A stretch of 64,000 bases of DNA, taken from positions 864,001 through 928,000 of the forward strand of contig CAWDVE010000010.1 in the NCBI GenBank assembly GCA_963805625.1, in the 5' to 3' direction. The translations under genes and the position numbers were made by a program. The first letter of the stretch is position 1; each line of letters opens with the position of its first letter. Positions 37,646 through 46,896 of the stretch are shown here, one piece after another. The DNA comes from an uncultured Candidatus Rokubacteria bacterium (GTDB taxonomy: Bacteria > Methylomirabilota > Methylomirabilia > Rokubacteriales > DASRDR01). The notes below the pieces were generated by a model. The model was not told the origin of the DNA. It worked only from the letters and a program-made list of their open reading frames with translations, and did not search any database.

Positions 37646-37667
37646 CCATGGCAGGGCCCCGGGCCCG

Positions 37668-38357
37668 TTACGACTCGGCGGGCACGAGGTCGGCGAAGAG
37701 CGCGCTGTGATCGCTGCCCCGCAGGGGGAGGACGCGCGTCTCCGTCGCGACGAGCCCCCGTACGAGCACGTGGTCGATGCGGAGGAGCCGCACCGAGCCG
37801 GCCCACGGACCCCACGTCCGCCCGGGCCGGCGCCCCATCCGGCGCGCGGCCTCCGCGGCCGCGTCGTCGAACCGGGCGGTGAGACGCCGGTACGCGGGCC
37901 AGAGCGGCGTCGCGTTGAGGTCCCCGGCCAGCACGCGCCGGCGCCGGGGCGTGGCGTCGAGATGGGCGCCGATCTCGTGGATCTGGCCGCGCCGGTCGCG
38001 GATTCTCTGGAGGACGGGACGGACGTGGGGAGCGGCGAGATGAACGTTCAGGACCTCCACGGGCTCGTCGCCCTCGGGCCCGACCAGCTCGGCCACGAAC
38101 GCCGAGCGATACGGAAGCCGGAGCTCCCGAACGCTCCCCGGCACCCGGAGCGCGATCCCCATGCCGTCATGGTCTCGCGCGGGCTCGAGCTTGCCGAACG
38201 GCAGCACGCGAGCGAGCGCCTCGGCCTGAGCGGGGTCGAGCTCCTGGACGAGGACCACGTCAGGCTCCACCGCCTCGACCAGGTCCGCAAACGCCTCGGC
38301 GTCGGCCCGGCCGTTGGCGAGGTTCGCGGAGAGGATCCGGAGGCCGAAGCGCCTCAC
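37668..38357 (-). CDS. Endonuclease/exonuclease/phosphatase family protein
   Basis: SAN, VQE, NVHL, AGDLNA, RIDH and GSDH motifs; GTGA overlap with the amidase. Confidence 0.88.
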   Translation of the reverse strand: MRRFGLRILSANLANGRADAEAFADLVEAVEPDVVLVQELDPAQAEALARVLPFGKLEPARDHDGMGIALRVPGSVRELRLPYRSAFVAELVGPEGDEPVEVLNVHLAAPHVRPVLQRIRDRRGQIHEIGAHLDATPRRRRVLAGDLNATPLWPAYRRLTARFDDAAAEAARRMGRRPGRTWGPWAGSVRLLRIDHVLVRGLVATETRVLPLRGSDHSALFADLVPAES

Positions 38358-39793
38358 GTCGAGGTCACCCGGGTGACGACGGGCGGGATCCGGTCCGCCC
38401 ACGGCGCCGCGGACTCGAACGCCGCGGCCGCCGCGAGCACCGCCGTCTCCTGGCGGCGCCGCCCCACGATCTGGACGCCCACCGGAAGGCCGTCCCGCGT
38501 GATGCCCGCCGGAATTGAGATCACCGGCAGCCCCGTCACGGAAATGGCGTACGTGAGAAAGAACCACTGCGTGTAGTTCTCGAGCGGCTTCCCATCGATC
38601 TCCACCGGATAGGGCTGCTCCACCGGAAATGGCCGAACGGCCACGGTGGGAAGGACCAGAAGGTCGTACCGCTCCATGAAGCCCCGCACCCGCTGCCACA
38701 GCGTGCTCCGGAGCTTCTCCGCGCGGCCAACGTCCTGAACCGTGAGCCCGAGCCCCTGCTCGATGTTCCAGACGAGGCCCTTCTGCATCTCTCCGCGCCA
38801 CTCGGCCAGCCGGTGGGCGTGGAGCGCCGCCATCGAGAACCCGCGCGTCCCCAGCACGATGTCGTTCAGCTCCGCGAAGGACGGCGAGGCCGTCGTCACC
38901 CGGGCGCCGAGCGCCCGGAACACGCGGCTCGCGTCCGCGGCCACCCGCGCGATCTCGGCATCCACCGGAATGAGCCCGCCGAGATCGGGCGTCCAGGCCA
39001 CGCGCCAGCCGCGGACCGAGGGCCGGCGGACCGCCGCCGGGAAGGTCCGCGTGTCCACGTCGTAGGAGAGCGGCGCGCGATCGTCCGGTCCGGCCATGAC
39101 CGACAGCATCAGCGCGACGTCGGCGACGGACCGCGCCATCGGCCCCGACACCGAGAGCGAGTCCCACGCGAGCTCCCTCGGGTAGACGGGCACGAGCCCC
39201 GGCGTCGTCCGGAACCCCACGACGCCGCAGAACGCGGCCGGCGTGCGCAAGGACCCGCCCAGGTCCGAGCCCTGGGCGAGCGGACCCATCCCGGTGGCGA
39301 GCGCGACCGCCGCCCCACCGCTCGAGCCGCCGCAGGTGAGCGCGAGGTTCCAGGGGTTGCGTGTCGCGCCGAAGACCGCGTTGAAGGTGTTCCCGCCCGC
39401 CCCGAACTCCGGGGTGTTGGTCTTGCCCACGACGATGGCGCCCGCGGCCTTCAGGCGCGCGACGGACAGGGCATCCTCCGATGGCACGTGGTGCTCGAAG
39501 ATCTTCGAGCCCCACGTGGTGCGAATGCCCCTGGTGGGCGTGAGGTCCTTGATCGACACGGGGACCCCGTGGAGAGGCGGGAGGACGGCCCGGCGGCGCA
39601 GGGCAGCTGTCGCCTTCCGCGCCGCGCCGAGGGCGGCCTCCCGGGCCACCGTGACGTAGGCGTTGACGAGGGGGTTCACGGCGTCGATCCGGGCCAGCAC
39701 CGCCTGCATCACCTCGAGGGGTGAGACCTTGCGCGCACGATACAGACGGGCCAGCTCGGTGGCCGGTGTGAAGCAGAGGTCACGGTCAGGCAC
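38354..39793 (-). CDS. Amidase signature family enzyme
   Basis: IKD, GKTNTPEF, GGSSGG and GSDLGGS motifs. Confidence 0.93.
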   Translation of the reverse strand: MPDRDLCFTPATELARLYRARKVSPLEVMQAVLARIDAVNPLVNAYVTVAREAALGAARKATAALRRRAVLPPLHGVPVSIKDLTPTRGIRTTWGSKIFEHHVPSEDALSVARLKAAGAIVVGKTNTPEFGAGGNTFNAVFGATRNPWNLALTCGGSSGGAAVALATGMGPLAQGSDLGGSLRTPAAFCGVVGFRTTPGLVPVYPRELAWDSLSVSGPMARSVADVALMLSVMAGPDDRAPLSYDVDTRTFPAAVRRPSVRGWRVAWTPDLGGLIPVDAEIARVAADASRVFRALGARVTTASPSFAELNDIVLGTRGFSMAALHAHRLAEWRGEMQKGLVWNIEQGLGLTVQDVGRAEKLRSTLWQRVRGFMERYDLLVLPTVAVRPFPVEQPYPVEIDGKPLENYTQWFFLTYAISVTGLPVISIPAGITRDGLPVGVQIVGRRRQETAVLAAAAAFESAAPWADRIPPVVTRVTST

Positions 39794-39844
39794 GACGGAC
39801 TCCTCCTCGGCAGGCTCCTCAGTGGGCGCCGGACACGGGATCGC

Positions 39845-39853
39845 ATTGTATCA
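39845..39853 (-). promoter_or_regulatory. Extended -10 promoter element for the amidase operon
   Basis: TGaTACAAT on the minus strand. Confidence 0.5.
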
Positions 39854-39922
39854 GGCCCGGCGTGTACGGGACCTCTTGCGCCGCGTCACGAGCCCCCTGA
39901 CAATGGCGCGGGAGGGGTCCAC

Positions 39923-41044
39923 ATGGACGTGTACGCACGGCTCGGGGTGCGGCCGATCGTCAACGCCCGCGGCATGAACACCATGGCGAGCGGGTCGCTG
40001 ATGCCGAAGCCGGTCCTCGATGCCATGACCGAGGCGGCTGGCGCCTTCGTGGACATGGCCGAGCTCAACGCCCTCGCCGGCGCGCACATCGCGCGCCTGG
40101 TGGGCGTCGAGAGCGCCCACGTGACCTCGGGCTCGGCGGGCGGGCTCCTCCTCGCGGCGGCCGCGTGCATCGCCGGCGACGACCGAGAGCGCATCGCCCG
40201 CTTGCCCGACACGACGGGGATGCGAAACGAGATCGTGATCCAGCAGTGCGATCGGATCCCGTACGACCAGGCGCTGCGCATGGCCGGCACCGTCCTGGTC
40301 GAGGTCGGCAGCGCGGACGACTGCACGCCGGAAGCGCTCGAGGCCGCCATCGGCCCCCGGACCGCCGCGCTCATCTACATCGTCTCTCCGGGGCTCGCCG
40401 AGCGCGGGGTCGGGCCCGAGCGCATGGTAAAGATCGCCCACGCCCACGGGCTCCCCCTGATCGTCGACGCGGCGTCCACCCTGCCGCCGGTCGGGCACCT
40501 CCGGCGCTGGACAGAGATGGGCGCCGACCTCGTGATCCTCAGCGGGGGCAAGGGCATCCGGGGCCCCCAGAACACCGGTTTGCTCGTCGGCCGCCCCGAC
40601 CTCATCCGCGCCGCGGCGGCCAACGGATCGCCCAACTCCGCCGTCGGGCGCCCCTGCAAGGTCAGCAAGGAGGCCATCATCGGCCTCGTGGCCGCTCTCG
40701 AGCTCTTCCTCCAGGAGGACCATGACGCCGAGTGGGCGCGCCACCTCGACGAGGGGCGCCGGATCCTCGGCGCGGCCTCGGGTATCGCCGGCGTACGAGC
40801 CCGCCTCGAGGAGGACCGCAGCGTGTGGACCTCGCCAACCCTGCTGCTCTCGATCGACCCGGCGGTCACGGGTCTCACGCCCGACGCGGTCATGGACGCC
40901 CTCCGTCGGGGCCACCCCCCGATCATGGTCCGGGTCCACCGGGGCGAGCTCCTGGTCGACCCCCATTGCCTGCGCGGTGACGAGGCGAGCCTAGTGGCCC
41001 GGCGCCTCCGGGAAGAGCTGCTCCGGCGGCCGGCCCGATCCTGA
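39923..41044 (+). CDS. SelA-like PLP-dependent enzyme (DgaE-like ammonia-lyase family)
   Basis: LGVRPIVNA.G, VDAA, SGGKGIRGPQ and GRPCKV motifs; too short for a true SelA. Confidence 0.8.
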   Translation: MDVYARLGVRPIVNARGMNTMASGSLMPKPVLDAMTEAAGAFVDMAELNALAGAHIARLVGVESAHVTSGSAGGLLLAAAACIAGDDRERIARLPDTTGMRNEIVIQQCDRIPYDQALRMAGTVLVEVGSADDCTPEALEAAIGPRTAALIYIVSPGLAERGVGPERMVKIAHAHGLPLIVDAASTLPPVGHLRRWTEMGADLVILSGGKGIRGPQNTGLLVGRPDLIRAAAANGSPNSAVGRPCKVSKEAIIGLVAALELFLQEDHDAEWARHLDEGRRILGAASGIAGVRARLEEDRSVWTSPTLLLSIDPAVTGLTPDAVMDALRRGHPPIMVRVHRGELLVDPHCLRGDEASLVARRLREELLRRPARS

Positions 41045-41069
41045 CAACCGACTCTGAAGGAGACTGCGA

Positions 41070-42662
41070 ATGGACTTCCGGACTCTCGTCGATGCGTGGC
41101 AGGCGGGCACCCTCTCCCGCCGGGCCTTCCTGGAGCGCGCCACCGTGCTCGGTGTCGGAGCGGCCGCCGCCGCCCTGCTGGAGGGCCGGGCGGCCAGGCC
41201 CGCCGCGGCCCAGACGACCCAGAAGCGCGAGCTCGTCATCGCCCAGGGCGGTGACATCTCGAAGCTCGATCCGCACTTCTCGACCTCGTCGAACGACATC
41301 CGCGTGACATTCAACGTCTTCGACAATCTGACGAACCGCCACCCGGACGGCAAGCTCCAGCCCGGGCTCGCCACCGAATGGAAGGCCACGGGCCCCACTA
41401 CCTGGACGTTCAAGCTCCGCCCGGGGGTCAAGTTCCACAACGGAGACCCGTGCACCTCCGAGGACGTGAAGTTCTCGATCGAGCGGACGTACGACCCCAC
41501 CATGAAGACCCTCGTCTCGAGCGTCTTCACGACGGTGAGCCGCATCGAGACGCCCGATCCCAGCACCGTGGTCATCCACACCAAGGCCTCCGATCCCTTG
41601 CTGCCCGCGCGTCTCGCGTTCTACGGCGGTCAGATCATCCCGAAGAAGCACGTCGAGCAGGTGGGCGGCGACACGTTCAACGCCAAGCCCGTCGGCACGG
41701 GGCCCCTCCGCTTCGTGTCCTGGACTAAGGACGACCGGCTCGTCCTCGAGGCCAACCCGGACTACTGGGGTGGACGGGTCGAGGTCGACCGCGTCGTCAT
41801 CCGACCGGTTCCCGAGATCGCCCCGCGCGTGGCCGGTCTCCTCAAGGGGGAGACGGACCTCATCACCCAGCTCACGCCCGACCACTGGGATCGTATCAAC
41901 CAGAGCCCGACCACCAAGGGCGCCTCGGCCCTCTACGCCGGTCTCTACGTGCTCGGCACGAACTCCAAGGTCCCGCCGCTCAACAACTGGACGCTCAAGA
42001 AGGCGATGCAGCTCGGCGTCGACCGGGAAGCGATCGTGAAGGAGCTCTGGCGCGGCCGCGGCATCATCCCTACCGGCCCCATCGCCAAGGGCGACGCCCA
42101 CTTCGACCCGAGCCTGCCCCCACTGGCGTACGACCCGAGCAAGGCGAAGGAGCTCGTCAAGCAGTCGGGCTACAAGGGCGAACCCATCTACCTCGAGACG
42201 ACCGTCGGTCTCCTGGCGAACGACAAGGCCATGTCCGAGGCCATCGCGGCCATGTGGAAGGACGTCGGGATCAACGTCGTGGTCGAGGTGGTCGAGTTCT
42301 CGGTGCGGGCCCAGAAGAACCGCGAGCGGACGTTCAAGGGCCTCTGGTGGTCCGATCCCACGTCGACCCTGCGCGATCCCGACGGCATGATGTGGCGGCT
42401 TATGGCGCCGGGTGCGCCGCACGACTACTGGCGGCATCCGGAGTTCGACGAGCTCGGCAACGCCGCCCGCAACTCGATGGACGAGGTCTTCCGCGCCAAG
42501 GCCTACAAGCGGATGACCGAACTCTTCCTCGAGTTCAACCCCTGGATCCTCGTGATCCAGCCCAACGAGGACTACGGGCTGCAGAAGTACGTCGAGTTCG
42601 CCCCGAATCCGAACCAGGCCCTCGAGCTGCGGAAGTTCAACTTCAGGATGCGGCGGGCGTAG
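41070..42662 (+). CDS. ABC family-5 solute-binding protein, Tat-exported
   Basis: SRRAFL signal; LRPGVKFHNG and GTGP motifs. Confidence 0.93.
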   Translation: MDFRTLVDAWQAGTLSRRAFLERATVLGVGAAAAALLEGRAARPAAAQTTQKRELVIAQGGDISKLDPHFSTSSNDIRVTFNVFDNLTNRHPDGKLQPGLATEWKATGPTTWTFKLRPGVKFHNGDPCTSEDVKFSIERTYDPTMKTLVSSVFTTVSRIETPDPSTVVIHTKASDPLLPARLAFYGGQIIPKKHVEQVGGDTFNAKPVGTGPLRFVSWTKDDRLVLEANPDYWGGRVEVDRVVIRPVPEIAPRVAGLLKGETDLITQLTPDHWDRINQSPTTKGASALYAGLYVLGTNSKVPPLNNWTLKKAMQLGVDREAIVKELWRGRGIIPTGPIAKGDAHFDPSLPPLAYDPSKAKELVKQSGYKGEPIYLETTVGLLANDKAMSEAIAAMWKDVGINVVVEVVEFSVRAQKNRERTFKGLWWSDPTSTLRDPDGMMWRLMAPGAPHDYWRHPEFDELGNAARNSMDEVFRAKAYKRMTELFLEFNPWILVIQPNEDYGLQKYVEFAPNPNQALELRKFNFRMRRA

Positions 42663-42670
42663 GGGGCTTC

Positions 42671-42707
42671 GGCCCCGGCTCCGGCGCTCTCCCGCCGGGC
42701 CGGGGCC
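42671..42707. other. GC-rich hairpin between the SBP and the MetE-like gene
   Basis: GGCCCCGGC-T-CCGGCG / CGCCGG-GCCGGGGCC; no U-tract. Confidence 0.55.
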
Positions 42708-42733
42708 CTCTGCTCCCCTGTTCCTCGAACCCC

Positions 42734-43798
42734 ATGTCGCTGCCCCTCTTCGCGACCACCGTCATCGGCAGCCTCCCGCGACCGGCCTGGGTCCGGGACG
42801 TCATCCTCGATCGCAAGGCCGGACGCCTCGACGAGGCCGACGCGGACCGCCTCCTGGACCCAGCCATCGACACGGCCATCCGGCTCCAGGAGCGGGCGGG
42901 GCTCGACGAGATCACCGACGGCGAGTGGCGCCGCGAGAGCTACGTCAAGGTCTTTGCCGAGCGTGTCCGCGGCTTCCGGCCCGACCTGAACCCGAGCGGT
43001 GGCCTCCCCTACCCGGCGGTCGTGGCGCCGATCGAGTACCATCGCGAGATCGCGGCGCCGGAGGTTCGCTACACGCGCGCCCGGACAAGCCGCCGCGTCA
43101 AGGCCACCTTGCCGGCGCCCTACATCATCGGGCGCCGGATGTGGCATCCCGAGCACTCGCGGGCCGCGTACCCGACACGCGAGAAGCTCATGCGCGATTG
43201 CGTCGGCGTGCTGCGCCGTGAGATCGAGGCGGTGCGCGCCGCCGGCGCAGATACGGTCCAGCTCGACGAGCCGTGGCTCGCGACCCTCGTGGACCCCAAG
43301 TTCCGGGCCGAGGAGGGGATCGCGGACGTCCGGTACGAAATGGACCTCTGCGCGGACCTCCTGAACCAGACGCTCGCCGGCCTCGGCGGGATCGAGACCT
43401 CCGTCCACCTCTGCCACGCGCACTTCGCGCGGCAGCACAAGACCGAGGGGTCCTACGACCTCATCATGCCGGCTCTCGCGCGCGTCCGGGCCGGGACCAT
43501 CTCGCTCGAGCTCGCGACCCCGGCCGCCGGCGGGTTCGCCTCCCTGGCCCACTTCCCCGCAGCGCCGCGGCTCGGCCTCGGCTGCATCGACCACTGCGAC
43601 CGACGGGTCGAGACCGTGGACGAGGTGATGCAGCGGGTCGAGGCTGCAATGCGCTACGTCGACGGGGAGCGCATCGTGCTCCACCCGGACTGCGGCTTCG
43701 CCCCTTCCGTCCAGAACCCGATGGACCTCGACGAGGCGTACGAGAAGCTCAAGGTCATGGGCGAGGCCGCCGCGCGTCTCCGCGAGCGCCACGCCTAG
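42734..43798 (+). CDS. Cobalamin-independent methionine synthase II (MetE C-terminal domain) family
   Basis: IGSLPRP, TDGE, QLDEP, HLC, E and PDCGF motifs (Zn ligands). Confidence 0.88.
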   Translation: MSLPLFATTVIGSLPRPAWVRDVILDRKAGRLDEADADRLLDPAIDTAIRLQERAGLDEITDGEWRRESYVKVFAERVRGFRPDLNPSGGLPYPAVVAPIEYHREIAAPEVRYTRARTSRRVKATLPAPYIIGRRMWHPEHSRAAYPTREKLMRDCVGVLRREIEAVRAAGADTVQLDEPWLATLVDPKFRAEEGIADVRYEMDLCADLLNQTLAGLGGIETSVHLCHAHFARQHKTEGSYDLIMPALARVRAGTISLELATPAAGGFASLAHFPAAPRLGLGCIDHCDRRVETVDEVMQRVEAAMRYVDGERIVLHPDCGFAPSVQNPMDLDEAYEKLKVMGEAAARLRERHA

Positions 43799-43901
43799 CG
43801 CCTGCTCCCGGACGGCCCCGCAAGCCCCGCGGAGCGCCCGCGCTCGGACGTGAGGCCCTCTCGCTCAGCATGGCAACCGACGTCGGCTCGAACGGCCGGT
43901 C

Positions 43902-43931
43902 TTGACGCCGCCAGCACTGTCCCGATAGGCT
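43902..43931 (+). promoter_or_regulatory. Putative sigma-70 promoter
   Basis: TTGACG-N18-TAGGCT. Confidence 0.5.
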
Positions 43932-43998
43932 CCCGACAGACAGCCGGCGCGGGCCTTCGCGTCCGGCAAGCGGACCCCTCGAGACGGAGGTCGACGCC

Positions 43999-45543
43999 AT
44001 GTGGGCGCGCGTGCTGGGGATTCTCGTCACCGTTCTCTGTCTCCTCGGGTCCACCGGGCTGCCCGGCGCCGCGGCGCCGAAGGCCGGCGGCACCATGAAG
44101 GTCGCCCTGCTGCGGGATCCCACCGGCTGGGACCCTCACATCAACTACGGCGCCACCACCTACACCTTCCAGGCCAACATCTACGAGGGACTCCTCCGCT
44201 ACTCCCTCAAGGGCGCGCTCGAGCCTGGGCTCGCCGTGCGCTGGGAATCGCCGAATCCGACCACGTACGTGCTGCACCTGCGGAAGGGCGTCCGCTTCCA
44301 CAGCGGCAACCCGTTCACGGCCGACGACGTCAAGTGGAACATCGAGCGGATCATCGCGCCGGCCACCAACGCGACGCGGGCCAAGGAGTTCGACGTCGTG
44401 GAGGCCGTGACCGTGGTCGACCCCTCCACGGTCCGGATCGCCCTCAAGCAGCCCGCCGCGCCCTTCCTGGAGCTGCTCGCCGCCGCCGAAGCGGTCATCG
44501 CCGACAGCAAGTGGGTCACCGCCGGCGGCGACCTGAAGAAGGCGACCAGCGGGACGGGGCCCTTCAAGCTCGGCCCGTACGAGACCGGGGTTCGCTACGC
44601 GCTCGTCAAGAACCCCGACTACTGGGAGTCCCCCTATCCGTATCTCGACCGCATCGAGCTCTCGACCGTGGCCAAGGACGACGTCCGGGTCCAGGCGCTC
44701 CAGACGGGGAGCGTCGACCTCGCCGAGTACATCCCCTGGCAGGAGGTCAAGGCGCTCGAGAAGGATCCGCAGATCAAGGTGCACGTGGGCTACGACACCT
44801 TCAACGTGATCCGCATGAACCCGAAGCGCCCGCCCTTCGACAACGTGAAGGTGCGGCAGGCGCTCAACTATCTCGTCGACCGCAAGGAGATCATCGAGCT
44901 GGCCTGGGGCGGTATCGGCCGCCCGTTCGGCGCCGGGCTGATCCCCGACGGACACTGGGCGTTCCCGAAGGCGCTCCAGGGAACCTGGTCCTACGATCCC
45001 GCGAAGGGCAAGCGCCTCCTCGCCGAGTCCGGCGTGAACCCCGGCACGACGCGGATCGTGTTCGACTCGACGACGCTCTCCGTCCACATGGACTCCGCCC
45101 AGATCATCGTGACCCAGCTCCAGCGGGCCGGCTTCACGCAGATCGAGCTGAAGCCGATGGACGTCCCCACCCAGCAGCGGAAGCGCGTCTCCGGCGAGTA
45201 CCAGCTCATGATGGACGGCTTCAGCCTCCCCTGGCCCGACCCCGACTTCTACGCCGGGTTCTTCGCCACGGGCGGCGCCTCATACGCTCGCGCGGTGGAG
45301 TTCAGCGACGCGGCCCTCGACAAGCTCCTGGCCGAGGGGCGCGGCACCGCGGACCAGGCGAAGCGCGCGGCCGTCTACGCGCAGGTCGAGCAGCGGGTCG
45401 TGGAGCTCGCCCCTTGGGTGTTCCTCCACTGGCGGCCTCAGGCCGAGGCGCACCGCGCCACCATCGGCGGCTACACGCGACTGCCCGGGGCCCTGGGCAA
45501 CAAGAGCCTGGGCGGACTCAAGTACCTCTACCGGGAGGGCTGA
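43999..45543 (+). CDS. ABC family-5 solute-binding protein (Sec signal)
   Basis: LRKGVRFHSG and GTGPF motifs; GGAGG RBS. Confidence 0.93.
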   Translation: MWARVLGILVTVLCLLGSTGLPGAAAPKAGGTMKVALLRDPTGWDPHINYGATTYTFQANIYEGLLRYSLKGALEPGLAVRWESPNPTTYVLHLRKGVRFHSGNPFTADDVKWNIERIIAPATNATRAKEFDVVEAVTVVDPSTVRIALKQPAAPFLELLAAAEAVIADSKWVTAGGDLKKATSGTGPFKLGPYETGVRYALVKNPDYWESPYPYLDRIELSTVAKDDVRVQALQTGSVDLAEYIPWQEVKALEKDPQIKVHVGYDTFNVIRMNPKRPPFDNVKVRQALNYLVDRKEIIELAWGGIGRPFGAGLIPDGHWAFPKALQGTWSYDPAKGKRLLAESGVNPGTTRIVFDSTTLSVHMDSAQIIVTQLQRAGFTQIELKPMDVPTQQRKRVSGEYQLMMDGFSLPWPDPDFYAGFFATGGASYARAVEFSDAALDKLLAEGRGTADQAKRAAVYAQVEQRVVELAPWVFLHWRPQAEAHRATIGGYTRLPGALGNKSLGGLKYLYREG

Positions 45544-45546
45544 GCG

Positions 45547-45918
45547 ATGGGGTTCGACGGCGCGGCCTTCGTGGATCGCTTCAACACGGTATGGAACGGG
45601 CACGACGTGGACGGCATCCTCGCGATGATGACGGACGACGTCGTGTTCGAGGCGTCCTTCGGCAAGGATCCATGGGGGACACGCGTCGTCGGCAAGCCGG
45701 CGGTGCGTGAGCTCCTGCGGGGCATGTTCGCGCGGATCCCCGACGTGCGCTGGGACGAGATCCGGCACTACGTCCATCCCGACGTGGCGGTGGTGGAGTG
45801 GATCACGAGCGGCACCCCGCACGGCGGCACGCGCTACGAGGTCTACGGCTGCGACGTGCTCGCCCTCCGGGCCGGGCGCATCGCGGCCAAGCGCTCGTTC
45901 CGAAAGGGTGTGATCTAG
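45547..45918 (+). CDS. SnoaL-like/NTF2 family protein
   Basis: WNGHDVD..MTDD, VEW, GCD and GRIAAK motifs. Confidence 0.85.
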   Translation: MGFDGAAFVDRFNTVWNGHDVDGILAMMTDDVVFEASFGKDPWGTRVVGKPAVRELLRGMFARIPDVRWDEIRHYVHPDVAVVEWITSGTPHGGTRYEVYGCDVLALRAGRIAAKRSFRKGVI

Positions 45919-45942
45919 CCTCCCGGGGGATGCTGCCGCCCC

Positions 45943-46896
45943 GTGTGGACCTATCTCCTCCGCCGGCTCGGACTCGCCCTCGTCCTGCTCTGGGTCGTTG
46001 CCACCGTCCTCTTCTTCTCGATCCACCTCCTGCCGGGTGACCCGGCGCTCCTCGTCCTGGGCGGTGACGCGGCCCAGGCGAGCCCGGAGCAGATCGCGCG
46101 CGTCCGCGCCCGCCTCGGGCTCGACCGCCCGCTGCCGGTCCAGTACGCCGCCTGGCTGGGCAAGGTCCTCCGGGGCGACCTCGGAACCTCGCTCATCGAC
46201 GACCGCTCGGTCGCCCGCGACCTGGCGAACCGGCTCCCGCGAACGCTCCAGCTGGTCGTCCCAGCCACGGCCCTCGCCATCGTCCTGGGTGTGCCGCTCG
46301 GAATGTTCGCCGCGCGCCGGCGCGGGCGCCTCGCCGACCCGGCAGCCTCGGCGCTCGCCCTCGCCGGCTTCTCCATGCCGGTGTTCGTCGTCGGCATGGT
46401 CCTGGTCCTGGTGTTCTCGCTCCGGCTCCGCTGGCTCCCGCCGGCGGGGTATGTCCCGCTCGCCGAGGACCCCGGCGGGTTCGTCCGCCACCTGGTACTG
46501 CCGGTCCTCGCGCTCGCAGCCGCCCCGCTGGCGACCGTGATGCGGATGACGCGGTCGAGCTACCTCGAGGAGGCCGCGCGGGACTTCGTCCGAACCGCCC
46601 GGGCCAAGGGCCTCGCCGAACGCGTCGTGGCGTGGCGCCACGTCCTCCGGAACGCGCTCCTCCCCGTGACCTCCATCGTGGGGCTCCAGGTCGGCTCGAT
46701 GTTCGCGAGCTCCGTGCTCGTCGAGTACATCTTCAGCTGGCCCGGCATCAACGCGCTCCTTCTGAACTCCCTCGGCACCCGGGACTATCCGGTGATCCAG
46801 GGGGTCGTCCTGCTGGGGTCGACCCTCTTCGTCGCGGTGAATCTCGCCACCGACCTCTGCTACGGGCTCGTGAACCCGCGTATCCGGCATGGCTGA
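45943..46896 (+). CDS. Peptide ABC permease (DppB-type)
   Basis: PGDPA, DFVRTARAKGL and RDYP motifs. Confidence 0.94.
   Translation: MWTYLLRRLGLALVLLWVVATVLFFSIHLLPGDPALLVLGGDAAQASPEQIARVRARLGLDRPLPVQYAAWLGKVLRGDLGTSLIDDRSVARDLANRLPRTLQLVVPATALAIVLGVPLGMFAARRRGRLADPAASALALAGFSMPVFVVGMVLVLVFSLRLRWLPPAGYVPLAEDPGGFVRHLVLPVLALAAAPLATVMRMTRSSYLEEAARDFVRTARAKGLAERVVAWRHVLRNALLPVTSIVGLQVGSMFASSVLVEYIFSWPGINALLLNSLGTRDYPVIQGVVLLGSTLFVAVNLATDLCYGLVNPRIRHG

Noticed and set aside
39923-41044. Selenocysteine synthase selA / Sec system
   Set aside because: It lacks the SelA N-terminal domain, and no selB, selC, selD or in-frame TGA selenoprotein was seen.
43940-43995. Riboswitch in the SBP leader
   Set aside because: Only a short GTCCG/CGGAC hairpin; no recognisable aptamer consensus.
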